Below, in pieces: positions 44,444-53,463 of a DNA stretch of 64,000 nt. Source of the DNA: a virus; IMG/VR virus record IMGVR_UViG_3300028151_000001, positions 6,095-70,094 of that record; one strand, written 5' to 3'. The position numbers were made by a program, and so were the translations under genes. The stretch's first letter is position 1. Each line of letters starts with the position of its first letter. The notes beneath the pieces were generated by a model. It worked only from the letters and a program-made list of their open reading frames with translations. It did no database searches and had not been told where the DNA came from.

Positions 44444-45414
44444 TTTATTGTCACACCTCCATGTTTTTCAAAAATCTCTGCGATTTTATCTAGGTTATGG
44501 ATGTAGGTAGTCTCACTAAACCCGTCAAACATATGCTCCTTTGATACTATCCCACATTCAAAGCTCTGTTTACACTCAAGTTCAGCAAGCCGACAGGATT
44601 CTTTTGTAGGAAATTCCCAAGCGTTGTAGTTTGAGATATTATAAATAGATTTTCTGTTTTGTTTTTGAAGTCGGGCCTCGTACTGACGAGATATGCCGAA
44701 CTTAATTGCCAATGTAATACCATTATCTGCCACCAAATTTATATAAGCTTGTCTTTGATTTTTAATACATGCACAAGATTGGTTACCCCTTCTTAGGTCA
44801 CAGCTAGTAATTTCTCCGGTGCTGTTACAAACAGGGCATTCCACCCACCAATAGTTCTTTGCTCCTTGGGAAGTTTTCCGATCACTACGATAGAAAATGG
44901 TATCTGGGTGATATGACCCTGTCGAAAGGAAGCTTTCAATCATCTTATTGTTGTTGTTGACACGATTATCGGAATTACGAACGTCAGCACATTTTCTACA
45001 AGTTCGTCCTTGTATAATGGCCGCGTAGTTGCTGTTCCACGAACCGTGTAGTTTACAAGAAACAACCAATTTAGTAGTTTGATCCTTATAGGGCTCAGAG
45101 GCGCTTACCAATTCATAATCCATTTTAGATAAAGCCCTACTCAATCTAACTTGTTGTTGGTCAAGATTCCATTTTGGTACTGTTGAACAACCACAAGGAT
45201 GTTTACCAGCTTTTAGATGCCCCAAGCTTGATAGAAAATTACTATCTCCAAAAAGTTCTCTATCTTCGCTACAAATAGAACATGAAACAATATAATACTT
45301 TGTGGAATTAGGTTTACTGTAACCTAAAACCTTGAGTTGAAGTTTTGATCCAAACAGAGTGCCTGTTAACCCATCTTGCATAAGATTGGTAATGGAATCT
45401 TTAAAGCAGTTCAT
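44440..45414 (-). CDS. homing-endonuclease-like protein (Zn modules plus T5orf172/GIY-YIG-like domain), antisense within the baseplate operon
   Basis: Paralog of 3859..4857 (CSICSED.ELF, HL..G.HPCGCS, QAYINL..IKFGI, DGFSET); GGGAG SD. Confidence 0.65.
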   Translation of the reverse strand: MNCFKDSITNLMQDGLTGTLFGSKLQLKVLGYSKPNSTKYYIVSCSICSEDRELFGDSNFLSSLGHLKAGKHPCGCSTVPKWNLDQQQVRLSRALSKMDYELVSASEPYKDQTTKLVVSCKLHGSWNSNYAAIIQGRTCRKCADVRNSDNRVNNNNKMIESFLSTGSYHPDTIFYRSDRKTSQGAKNYWWVECPVCNSTGEITSCDLRRGNQSCACIKNQRQAYINLVADNGITLAIKFGISRQYEARLQKQNRKSIYNISNYNAWEFPTKESCRLAELECKQSFECGIVSKEHMFDGFSETTYIHNLDKIAEIFEKHGGVTIN

Positions 45415-45489
45415 AATATCCTGTGCTCCCAGCAGTTAAATAAGTTATGAGCCAATTCTACCACGCCTGTAATTAGGAGTCAACTTAAA

Positions 45490-45864
45490 TTGGACTTCCT
45501 GTTGGATAGTAAATCACATGACATCTTATGGGTTAACGGGCCACTAAGAAAATCTGAAACTACACAACCTTTCACACAAACCGTTGCCCAAAGATTAAAA
45601 ATACGTCTCCTAACTTTTCAGGAGGAGTGGTTTATGGATACCACTTATGGTGTTCCGTGGCTGCAAAGGCTCCTTGGACAGAAGCAAGCTTCCAAGTCTG
45701 GAATTGATTTAATATTCCAACAAAAAATATTAGAAGAAACTGGAGTAAAGGAGATTGTTAGTTTTGAATCTACTTTCCAGAATAGACAATACTCTCTTGT
45801 CTTTAAAGTTAAAGTTGTTAATGGTGAGGTTACATCCCCCATCTCAATAAACCCAGTAAATTAA
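45490..45864 (+). CDS. baseplate wedge/sheath-initiator protein (gp25-like)
   Basis: QRLKIRLL.F..EWF.DT.YGVPW motif. Confidence 0.75.
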   Translation: MDFLLDSKSHDILWVNGPLRKSETTQPFTQTVAQRLKIRLLTFQEEWFMDTTYGVPWLQRLLGQKQASKSGIDLIFQQKILEETGVKEIVSFESTFQNRQYSLVFKVKVVNGEVTSPISINPVN

Positions 45865-45874
45865 AGGAAATAAA

Positions 45875-47317
45875 ATGGCGGGTATTTCTGACCAAGGCTT
45901 TGCTATAAAAAGAATGACAGAAATCCTGTCTGATTTACGGGCAGAGGCAGTAACGCTCTTTCAAGACCAAGTAGTGCCGGGTGACGTAGTAGACACAAGT
46001 GATTCTAGTGCACTGGGCAGGTTGATTGCCTTGACTGCACCTAGCCTCACGGATCTCTGGGAAGTTGCTCAAGCAGACTATGCAGCTTTTGACCCCAACT
46101 CTGCTACAGGTATTGCACTTGATAATCTTGTGGCTCTTGGTGGCATAACAAGACAAGAGCAAACATTCTCTACAGCACAAGTTATTCTTACAGGGGACAA
46201 CAACACTCTTGTAGCCTCTGGTCTTACTATTTCAAGCACCACAAATGGCTCACAATGGACGCTGATTAGTCCTGTAGCCTTGTCCCCTAGCTCAGCCACT
46301 GGTATCACTGTAACGCCTCTTTTGGTGGCAGATGATACACTGTACACAATCACTTACTCCTCGATTTCTACTAGCAACTCCGTCAATTATACAAGTGAAG
46401 TTGGTGCAACACAAGCATCTATCCTTGCTGGTCTTAACTCTGTCATCACAGCAAGTCATCCAACTTTGATGTCACAGATTGTTGGTACAAGCTTGATGGT
46501 TGTTCGTACAGATGAATTTGCTATTGTCACGTTCTCAACCACACCTAACCTTGGCATTACTAAAGTTCAAAAGATTGGTGAAGTGGTTTCCTCTGTAGCT
46601 GGGCCTGTAAGTGCTGAACCGGGAACACTAACAACTATTAGTACACCACAGCTTGGATGGGACAGTGTAACCAACATCACACCCGCTACAGAAGGTCGTA
46701 GTCGTGAAACTGATGAAGAGCTACGCCTAAGATTTCGAGATACCAAGTTTGAAAGGGCTAGTAATATTATTGAAGCTCTTTACTCAGCCTTGATTAACCT
46801 ATCTGGTGTTGAAGAAGTTAGAATCTATGAGAATGACACTGATGTTGTAAATGAATTTGGTGTTCCACCTCATAGCTTTATGCCTATTATTGTTGGCGGT
46901 TTAAGCTCAGATATTGCTAACAGAATCTGGGAAAATAAACCAATGGGGATTAGAAGCTTTGGTGATAGCATTGTAGTGATTTTTGATAGCCAAGGATTTG
47001 CTCATAGTATTGGATTTGAAAGACCTGATCCTGTAAATATCTATATCACTATTAACCTTACAACGGATACAGATTTTCCTGCAACTGGGCCTGATACTAT
47101 CAAGACAGCACTTATTCAATACTTTGCAGACAATCTCGGTATTGGGGATGATGTTATCTATAGTAGGTTGTACACACCAATCAACACCGTTCAGGGTCAT
47201 CAAGTAGATTCTCTTTTCATTGGTACAAGCCCTAGTCCAACAGGGACAGGAAATATTGTAATTGACTTTGATCAGATTGCAAACATCTCAAGTGCTAATA
47301 TTATTGTAAATACTTAA
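45875..47317 (+). CDS. baseplate J-like protein
   Basis: A.G..LD.L..L.GI.R, ETDEELR.R, IYENDT, PPHS, GIRSFG motifs. Confidence 0.9.
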   Translation: MAGISDQGFAIKRMTEILSDLRAEAVTLFQDQVVPGDVVDTSDSSALGRLIALTAPSLTDLWEVAQADYAAFDPNSATGIALDNLVALGGITRQEQTFSTAQVILTGDNNTLVASGLTISSTTNGSQWTLISPVALSPSSATGITVTPLLVADDTLYTITYSSISTSNSVNYTSEVGATQASILAGLNSVITASHPTLMSQIVGTSLMVVRTDEFAIVTFSTTPNLGITKVQKIGEVVSSVAGPVSAEPGTLTTISTPQLGWDSVTNITPATEGRSRETDEELRLRFRDTKFERASNIIEALYSALINLSGVEEVRIYENDTDVVNEFGVPPHSFMPIIVGGLSSDIANRIWENKPMGIRSFGDSIVVIFDSQGFAHSIGFERPDPVNIYITINLTTDTDFPATGPDTIKTALIQYFADNLGIGDDVIYSRLYTPINTVQGHQVDSLFIGTSPSPTGTGNIVIDFDQIANISSANIIVNT

Positions 47318-47331
47318 GAGGGATAAATGAT

Positions 47332-48123
47332 ATGTTAATCCCTTTCGAGGAACAACAGTATCTTGAAGTTGCACGTAGTAGGGTTACTCAACAATTCAAA
47401 GATAAAATTATTTTCGACAAGTATTTGCAACTCCTGATATACGCACAAACAGAACTTCAAGATGTCTTTAAGCAGCTCTTGCAGATGCGTGACTTGGACA
47501 CTGCTACAGGTGCTCAACTAGATGTGATTGGTAGGATTGTTGGTCAAGACCGTGTTCTTATCAATGCTGACCTTTACACCTTCTTTGGTTTTCAAGGTGC
47601 GTTGAAGGCGGGGAGTTTTGGTGAGGTTGGTAATAACCTTGTCGGTAGTCGGTTTCTAGACTATGGCGCTCCGATTGGGGGGAACATAGTTCTTGATGAT
47701 GAAACTTACAGACTGTTCATCAGAGCTAAGATTTATAAGAACACTACAGACTCTACACCAGAAGAATTCATTGAAGTAGTCAACCTAATCTTTGGCACTA
47801 CTGGGACATTCCTCAGTGAGAATGGCAATGCTAACGTTACATTATTCTTTAGTAGACCTCTTACAGATATTGAAAAAGGCTTGCTCCGGTACATCAACTC
47901 TACAGATGGTTATCCGTCAAGACTTATTCCTAAGACAGTGGGGGTTGGTATTGGTTATGGTGAATATCAGGCTGGAAACTTCTTTGGTTTTGAGGGCGTT
48001 CCGGGGGCTTTAGGGTTTGGTGAGATTAACGGAACCTATGGGTATGGGCTTGGTTATGGATTGAATTATGGTGAATCTGACTATGACTCCCGTAATGGGG
48101 GTTATTTTGCAACTCTTTACTGA
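47332..48123 (+). CDS. baseplate wedge protein (DUF2612-like)
   Basis: DLDTA.GAQLDVIGRIVG, LDDETYR.FI.AKI.KN motifs. Confidence 0.85.
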   Translation: MLIPFEEQQYLEVARSRVTQQFKDKIIFDKYLQLLIYAQTELQDVFKQLLQMRDLDTATGAQLDVIGRIVGQDRVLINADLYTFFGFQGALKAGSFGEVGNNLVGSRFLDYGAPIGGNIVLDDETYRLFIRAKIYKNTTDSTPEEFIEVVNLIFGTTGTFLSENGNANVTLFFSRPLTDIEKGLLRYINSTDGYPSRLIPKTVGVGIGYGEYQAGNFFGFEGVPGALGFGEINGTYGYGLGYGLNYGESDYDSRNGGYFATLY

Positions 48124-48149
48124 AAAACATATTAAAAGGAATATTCAAA

Positions 48150-49070
48150 TTGGCAAACATTTCTAAGCCCTCAGACATCAACAAAATTTGGTCCTTCACA
48201 GGAGATATTATTGCTCCGTCTGACACTAAAATTAGTCAAGGGTGGGGTATTGAGATTCCGCCCCGGCAGTATTTTAACTACATTGATAATAAACAAGACC
48301 AAGCAATTGCTCATATTAACCAACACGGTATTGCTGTTTGGGATGCTGTTACGGAATACCAAGGTAATGCAAGCTATTGCCAAGGCTCAGATGGTATTAT
48401 TTATAAATGTTTACAAACAAATGTAAATCAAAACCCTACTACGACTGTGAACTTTTGGACCAGAGTTATTAGCTCCGGTGCTCTTATAGGGATTGTCGTT
48501 ATTACTAACTCTGGTAACTACACGCCAAGCTCCTTAGTTAAGACTATCAAGGTTAAAGTACAAGGCCCCGGGGGTGCTGGCGGTTCCACTTCTGCAACGG
48601 GTAGTGGATACAGTTTAGGTGGTGGTGGTGGTAGTGGTGGATATAGTGAGTCCTTACTGACCACACTACCCACCACAGTTAGTTGCGTGCTTACAGCATC
48701 CGTAACATCTTTTGGCTCTATTAATGCTCAGTCCGGCGGTGCTGGGTCAACAGGAGGCACCTCTGAAGCAACCACTCCAGTAGTTCAGTCAGGAGGGAGT
48801 GGTGGTGGATCAACAGGAGGAAACATCTTGAATATATCTGGTGGGTCCGGGATGACAGGGGTTGGAACAAGATCAAGTAATTTTTGTGCAGGTAATGGCG
48901 CTGATTCAATGTTAGGCTTTGGTGGTAAAGGTGCCGTCTCTGTAACGGCACCGGGTTCAATAGGGTCTGGTTATGGGTCAGGTGGCGGCGGTGCTGGGTC
49001 AACGAGTGGTCCTATTACTGTTGGTGCGCCCGGGGCTCCGGGTGTGATTATTATTGAAGAATATTCCTGA
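48150..49070 (+). CDS. tail fibre / receptor-binding adaptor with glycine-rich C-terminal domain
   Basis: KPSD....W, GW..EIP..QYFN N-terminus; GGGGGSGG repeats; G.PG.IIIEEY end. Confidence 0.75.
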   Translation: MANISKPSDINKIWSFTGDIIAPSDTKISQGWGIEIPPRQYFNYIDNKQDQAIAHINQHGIAVWDAVTEYQGNASYCQGSDGIIYKCLQTNVNQNPTTTVNFWTRVISSGALIGIVVITNSGNYTPSSLVKTIKVKVQGPGGAGGSTSATGSGYSLGGGGGSGGYSESLLTTLPTTVSCVLTASVTSFGSINAQSGGAGSTGGTSEATTPVVQSGGSGGGSTGGNILNISGGSGMTGVGTRSSNFCAGNGADSMLGFGGKGAVSVTAPGSIGSGYGSGGGGAGSTSGPITVGAPGAPGVIIIEEYS

Positions 49071-49089
49071 TTAGTGTAAGGGTTATAAG

Positions 49090-51141
49090 ATGCCACAAAA
49101 AACATCACCTTTTATAGAAGCAAAGTATGGTTGGGCTTTTGGGGAGTCTGGCTGGAATAGTGGCATGGATGAGAATCTGGCTAAGTTTTCCTATTTATTT
49201 AACAGAAATATAGATGATATTGTTATAACACTCCCAACTATCCCTGTTGAGGGTTCAGCCTACTATTTAACCTCTGAAAAAAGAGTATATTTTGTTATAG
49301 GTGGAGTATATTACTCAAGTCCAGTGCCTAAGTGGTTTGAGTTCAGGCTAAGAACTACAGGTAGGATTTTTCAGTTTAATGGGGTAGATTTAGTAGAAAT
49401 TAACTACCAAAGTTTGCTTCCATCGGGTAATACCTCACAATATCTTAGAGGAGATTTAAGTTTTCAAAACCTAACTAAGACGGTGGTTGGTTTAGGTAAT
49501 GTTGACAATACTTCTGACCTCAATAAGCCTATAAGTAATGCAACTCAGGGTGTTATAGATACTAAGGTTGATAAAAATTTAGTTAATGTGGTCGTAAACA
49601 CTCTCAGTGAATTAAAATCAATTAATACAACCTCTATTAAATTTGTTCACCGGACTGAGTATGCAAGTGGTTTAGGAGACGGGGGTACTTTTTGGCGGTA
49701 TGACCCAACAAGTACTGCAACCAGTAACGATGTTACCATTGTATCTCCTAATAATGGTGGTGGACGTTGGCTATTAAATACTAATGGTTGGATTAATGTA
49801 AGATCAGGTGGTGTCAAAGTTGATGGTGCAACTGATGATTCAGCTAGACTAAGGGCTGTGTTCGCTGCTGCCTTATCTTTAAATCTGGGTGTTGAATTCC
49901 CGGCAGGTACTTGTGTAATAAATTCAGAAATACTTATTAATTTGACAGGTATACAGTCCCTAAACCTACGAGGGGCAGGTGCATCTCAGACAATCTTAAA
50001 GTTTTCAGGATCTAACGGAATCACTGTTACTTCTGGTGCTGGTAATTGGTTTCTTGATGTGCCAAATTCATCGGGCTTAAGAATATCAGGGGTATGCTTT
50101 ACCACTACAGCAGTTAACACAGGAATTGGTTTAAATCTTAATTTTGGGAGTTTAGAAGGTCGTCCCTCAAGGTCCGTCTATCTTAACGATGTTGAGTTCA
50201 GGGGTTCAACAGGTCTTACACAGACGTGGGCAACATCATTAGCTTTACGGGACACCAGTTATTTTTGTGCAACTAATTGCCGATGGTTAGGAGCCAATAA
50301 TCAGACAGGTAATGGAGTAGTTATATCTGCCACGGATGCAACCACTGACCCGACAGAACTTCATTTTACAGACTGCGTCTCTGTATATGGGAATATTTGG
50401 ATAAACTCTGGGGATCAAGTAGAGGGGATTTATCTAACTAACTGCTCAGCTATTGCTAACAATGTTGCCGTATTTTGTAAGAATACCACTGGTGAGTCTG
50501 GACTTCATATTATAGGTGGACACTACTCTAGTGTACTTTATAATTTCTATTCAGATCATATGAATGACGTTACTATTTCAACAAGCCTTCTCTATTCCCT
50601 TGCACCAACCAATGGGACGATATATCAGGTATATATCAATCAAGCCAGCAGAATTGCAATTAATGGGTGTGTTTTAGTAGGATCTGGTGTTGGTAATGAG
50701 ACAGGGGTTCTTGTTGAAAATAGTAACGGCTTTGGGTGTATAATTGATGGGTGTGTTTTTGAAAACCAACGTGGTAATGCCATTACATTGGCTGCTACAT
50801 CTTCAAAAGTAAATGTTGGTAGGAATTCATACAATGGTATTACAGGTGTTCCTGTAAATGATTTAAATACTACTCATGGTAACACTATCCACAATGAGTG
50901 GCAGACAACCACTATTCAAACACTGGCTGGTGGTACATCTGCTACAATAAATGTAGCTGTACCTGCTGGTCAGCTTGCCGAAAAGCCTCGTCAGGCATCA
51001 ATGATGGGGAACAGCGGGCAATCGTTGATTGGATTTTATCAGTACGATACATCAACAATCACAAACCTTGTTTTCACCTTGGTCAGCCTAGGCGGTGGCA
51101 ATATCCCGACTGGATCTGTCCGGCTCGGGGTAAAAGTTTAA
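49090..51141 (+). CDS. tailspike with right-handed beta-helix (pectate-lyase-like, putative depolymerase)
   Basis: GDGG..W, GGGRW, VR..G.KVDG.TDD.A, FPAG...I, L.LRGAG...TILKF motifs; Asn/Gly/Thr-rich coils. Confidence 0.8.
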   Translation: MPQKTSPFIEAKYGWAFGESGWNSGMDENLAKFSYLFNRNIDDIVITLPTIPVEGSAYYLTSEKRVYFVIGGVYYSSPVPKWFEFRLRTTGRIFQFNGVDLVEINYQSLLPSGNTSQYLRGDLSFQNLTKTVVGLGNVDNTSDLNKPISNATQGVIDTKVDKNLVNVVVNTLSELKSINTTSIKFVHRTEYASGLGDGGTFWRYDPTSTATSNDVTIVSPNNGGGRWLLNTNGWINVRSGGVKVDGATDDSARLRAVFAAALSLNLGVEFPAGTCVINSEILINLTGIQSLNLRGAGASQTILKFSGSNGITVTSGAGNWFLDVPNSSGLRISGVCFTTTAVNTGIGLNLNFGSLEGRPSRSVYLNDVEFRGSTGLTQTWATSLALRDTSYFCATNCRWLGANNQTGNGVVISATDATTDPTELHFTDCVSVYGNIWINSGDQVEGIYLTNCSAIANNVAVFCKNTTGESGLHIIGGHYSSVLYNFYSDHMNDVTISTSLLYSLAPTNGTIYQVYINQASRIAINGCVLVGSGVGNETGVLVENSNGFGCIIDGCVFENQRGNAITLAATSSKVNVGRNSYNGITGVPVNDLNTTHGNTIHNEWQTTTIQTLAGGTSATINVAVPAGQLAEKPRQASMMGNSGQSLIGFYQYDTSTITNLVFTLVSLGGGNIPTGSVRLGVKV

Positions 51142-51147
51142 TTTAAT

Positions 51148-51166
51148 AGCACAAGGACGTGCTTTC
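51148..51166 (+). terminator. putative terminator
   Basis: AGCAC-AAGGAC-GTGCT plus TT. Confidence 0.45.
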
Positions 51167-51184
51167 ATTATAGGAATTGAAGAA

Positions 51185-51613
51185 ATGAATATTAGTAATA
51201 AAGGCGTAAACCTTATCAAGGAATTTGAGGGTTTAGAACTAAAAGCTTATAAGGATTCTGTTGGTGTTTTAACTATCGGCTACGGTTCAACTGGCCCTCA
51301 TGTAACTGTTGGTATGACTATTACAGAATCTCAAGCTGAAGTACTTCTTAAGAAAGACTTGAGTCGGTTTGAGAAAGGTGTTGATGATTTGGTGACTGTA
51401 CCTCTTAATCAAAATCAATTCGATGCATTGGTTAGTTTTAGTTTTAATCTTGGTTTGGGTAATCTCAAATCTTCCACTCTCCTACGTAAGCTAAACTCCC
51501 TCGATTATATTGGTGCAGCAAATGAGATTCCTCGATGGGACAAAGCGGGCGGTAAAATCTTGAAGGGATTAACTCGTAGGCGTCTTGCTGAGAAAGAGTT
51601 ATTTCTTTCCTAG
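51185..51613 (+). CDS. endolysin (GH24 phage lysozyme)
   Basis: FEG..LKAYKD..G..TIGYG (E-8-D-5-T triad), QFDALVSF.FNLG, GL..RR..E..LF. Confidence 0.95.
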   Translation: MNISNKGVNLIKEFEGLELKAYKDSVGVLTIGYGSTGPHVTVGMTITESQAEVLLKKDLSRFEKGVDDLVTVPLNQNQFDALVSFSFNLGLGNLKSSTLLRKLNSLDYIGAANEIPRWDKAGGKILKGLTRRRLAEKELFLS

Positions 51614-51621
51614 GAACTTGT

Positions 51622-51975
51622 ATGACAGATGAAGTTGTACAACAAGAACCACTAACTAAAGATACACAAGTCGAAGCAACAGTTACAGCGACGTTGTCCT
51701 CTGTCCCTAAGAAGATCCAATTGGTGCCCAACTGGCGTAAAGTGTTGGTTACTTACTCCTTCTGGACTAACGTCGCTTCTGTGATCCTTACGTTCATCGA
51801 ACAAATATTACCGTATTTCAATCTTCTAGAGCCTACCATGTCAACCACTGCATATGGCATCTGTATGTTTTGTTTGAACGTATCTGCTATTGTGTTTCGT
51901 ATGATAAAGCAGAAGAAGCTTTGGAAGGCGGATGAGAATGAGGATAAAGCCGTAGGAGACAAACCAGATGTTTAA
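51622..51975 (+). CDS. putative holin
   Basis: LV.NWRKV...SFW; two TM segments; RMIKQ basic tail; next to endolysin. Confidence 0.7.
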   Translation: MTDEVVQQEPLTKDTQVEATVTATLSSVPKKIQLVPNWRKVLVTYSFWTNVASVILTFIEQILPYFNLLEPTMSTTAYGICMFCLNVSAIVFRMIKQKKLWKADENEDKAVGDKPDV

Positions 51976-52444
51976 TTTCCTCCCTTCAAGCATATCCTTC
52001 TACATCATCCTCACTTTATCGCTTCTATTGGCAGTTGTTAGCACGATAAGTGTTAAACTCTATCGAGGTAAGATAGAAGCTGAGTCAGCACTAGTGGTAG
52101 CCATTGACGCCAATACAGAGATGGTAAAAGCCGCTAACTTGCAGAAGATGAGTTGTGATGTTAATGACACATCTGTTGTTGAGCTTGTTGCTGAGATTTC
52201 CAAGATTGATGAAGCTGTGAATCCAATAAACTCTCAACTTAAAGACTTGGCAACTGTCAAGAAAACTTCCAACACCAATAAGGTGAATACAAAAGAGACT
52301 ATCAAAGATGAAAGTAATTTCTTGCCTGATGATGGGCTTCTTAGTCCTAATGTTACAGGCCTGCTCAACAAAGGCTGGTGTGCAGCCTATCCAGAAGACA
52401 GTCAATGTCTACCCACCAGACAGCCTGTTGGTAATCCCTTGTAA
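51968..52444 (+). CDS. Rz: inner-membrane spanin (i-spanin)
   Basis: N-terminal TM plus coiled-coil periplasmic region; overlapped by a lipoprotein ORF. Confidence 0.75.
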   Translation: MFNFLPSSISFYIILTLSLLLAVVSTISVKLYRGKIEAESALVVAIDANTEMVKAANLQKMSCDVNDTSVVELVAEISKIDEAVNPINSQLKDLATVKKTSNTNKVNTKETIKDESNFLPDDGLLSPNVTGLLNKGWCAAYPEDSQCLPTRQPVGNPL

Positions 52445-52589
52445 AGCTACACCAGCTGGTGAGAGCCTTATTGATCTAGCTATCGCACAAAACAAGAATG
52501 TTGCTTGCATTTCTAAGTTGCATAAAAGCTTGTTGAAGATTCGGGATAACAAAGCTCAACAGAAGGAAGTCTACAATGTCAAACCCTAG
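52308..52589 (+). CDS. Rz1: outer-membrane spanin lipoprotein (o-spanin)
   Basis: Signal peptide with lipobox LQAC; PPDSLL.IPC; overlaps Rz 3' end in another frame. Confidence 0.8.
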   Translation: MKVISCLMMGFLVLMLQACSTKAGVQPIQKTVNVYPPDSLLVIPCKATPAGESLIDLAIAQNKNVACISKLHKSLLKIRDNKAQQKEVYNVKP

Positions 52590-52902
52590 TCCAACTCCTG
52601 ATGCTAATGCACGAATCAATGCTATATGGGAGCGTGTGTGCCTAGGTCTACTTAGCTTCATTGTAGCTTGTCTATTTGTGTTCTACCAAGGGATTAAGTC
52701 TGACTACAAAGAAATGCAGATGACAATCACACAGCTTCAGATGATCAAAGTTAACAAAGAAGATTTGAGAGACACTGAAGTCAGGCTGAACACTAAGATT
52801 GAAGCTTTGGGTGCAACACTCACAGCCAACTCTATTACAAATAAAGCAGACATTTTGGGAAGACTTGACTTGTATTTTAACACAGTCAAGAATAAGAAGT
52901 AG
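52576..52902 (+). CDS. single-pass membrane protein with coiled coil
   Basis: ORF track; one TM segment. Confidence 0.75.
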   Translation: MSNPSPTPDANARINAIWERVCLGLLSFIVACLFVFYQGIKSDYKEMQMTITQLQMIKVNKEDLRDTEVRLNTKIEALGATLTANSITNKADILGRLDLYFNTVKNKK

Positions 52903-52913
52903 GAAGGTAATTA

Positions 52914-53264
52914 ATGCTATGGGTAATTATTGAGCGAGTCATACACCTATTTACTCTAGTATTGTTAATCGTGATGTTGTCAATCATTTTTGTAAACAAT
53001 AAAAGTTCAAGGGATATTCTTCAGTTTGATGAGAAACTTGCTCAATACAAAGAAGAGAATCAGAACACTAGAGCCAACAATATTGCTTATATTGAAAAAA
53101 GGATTAACAAACTCCAAGAACAACAAGACACGTATCAGATCCTTGTTGATAGGCGTTTAATGATTATGGATAATCAAGTTAAGAGCTTGATGGAGTCTAA
53201 TAAAGTTACACAGAAAGTCATTAACAATAACATAAATACTGTCGGTAATGTAACAGCTAACTAA
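52914..53264 (+). CDS. single-pass membrane protein with coiled coil
   Basis: ORF track; one N-terminal TM segment. Confidence 0.75.
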   Translation: MLWVIIERVIHLFTLVLLIVMLSIIFVNNKSSRDILQFDEKLAQYKEENQNTRANNIAYIEKRINKLQEQQDTYQILVDRRLMIMDNQVKSLMESNKVTQKVINNNINTVGNVTAN

Positions 53265-53326
53265 TTACAAAAATAAGAACCACTCTGTGGACATTAAGGC
53301 TACGCCATTAGCCTTTCTCAATACTT

Positions 53327-53360
53327 AAGCCCCTTCCTTACGGTCGGGGCTTTTTCTTTG
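53327..53360 (+). terminator. intrinsic terminator ending the late block
   Basis: AAGCCCC...GGGGCTT stem plus TTTCTTT. Confidence 0.75.
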
Positions 53361-53463
53361 TAATTAAGAAAGTGACTAGGCTTCTAAGTATAAGGATTTG
53401 ATTCTACAGGCCACGTAGAATAAGGGCTGTAGAGGTGGTCATGTATAAAGGGAATACATAGAA

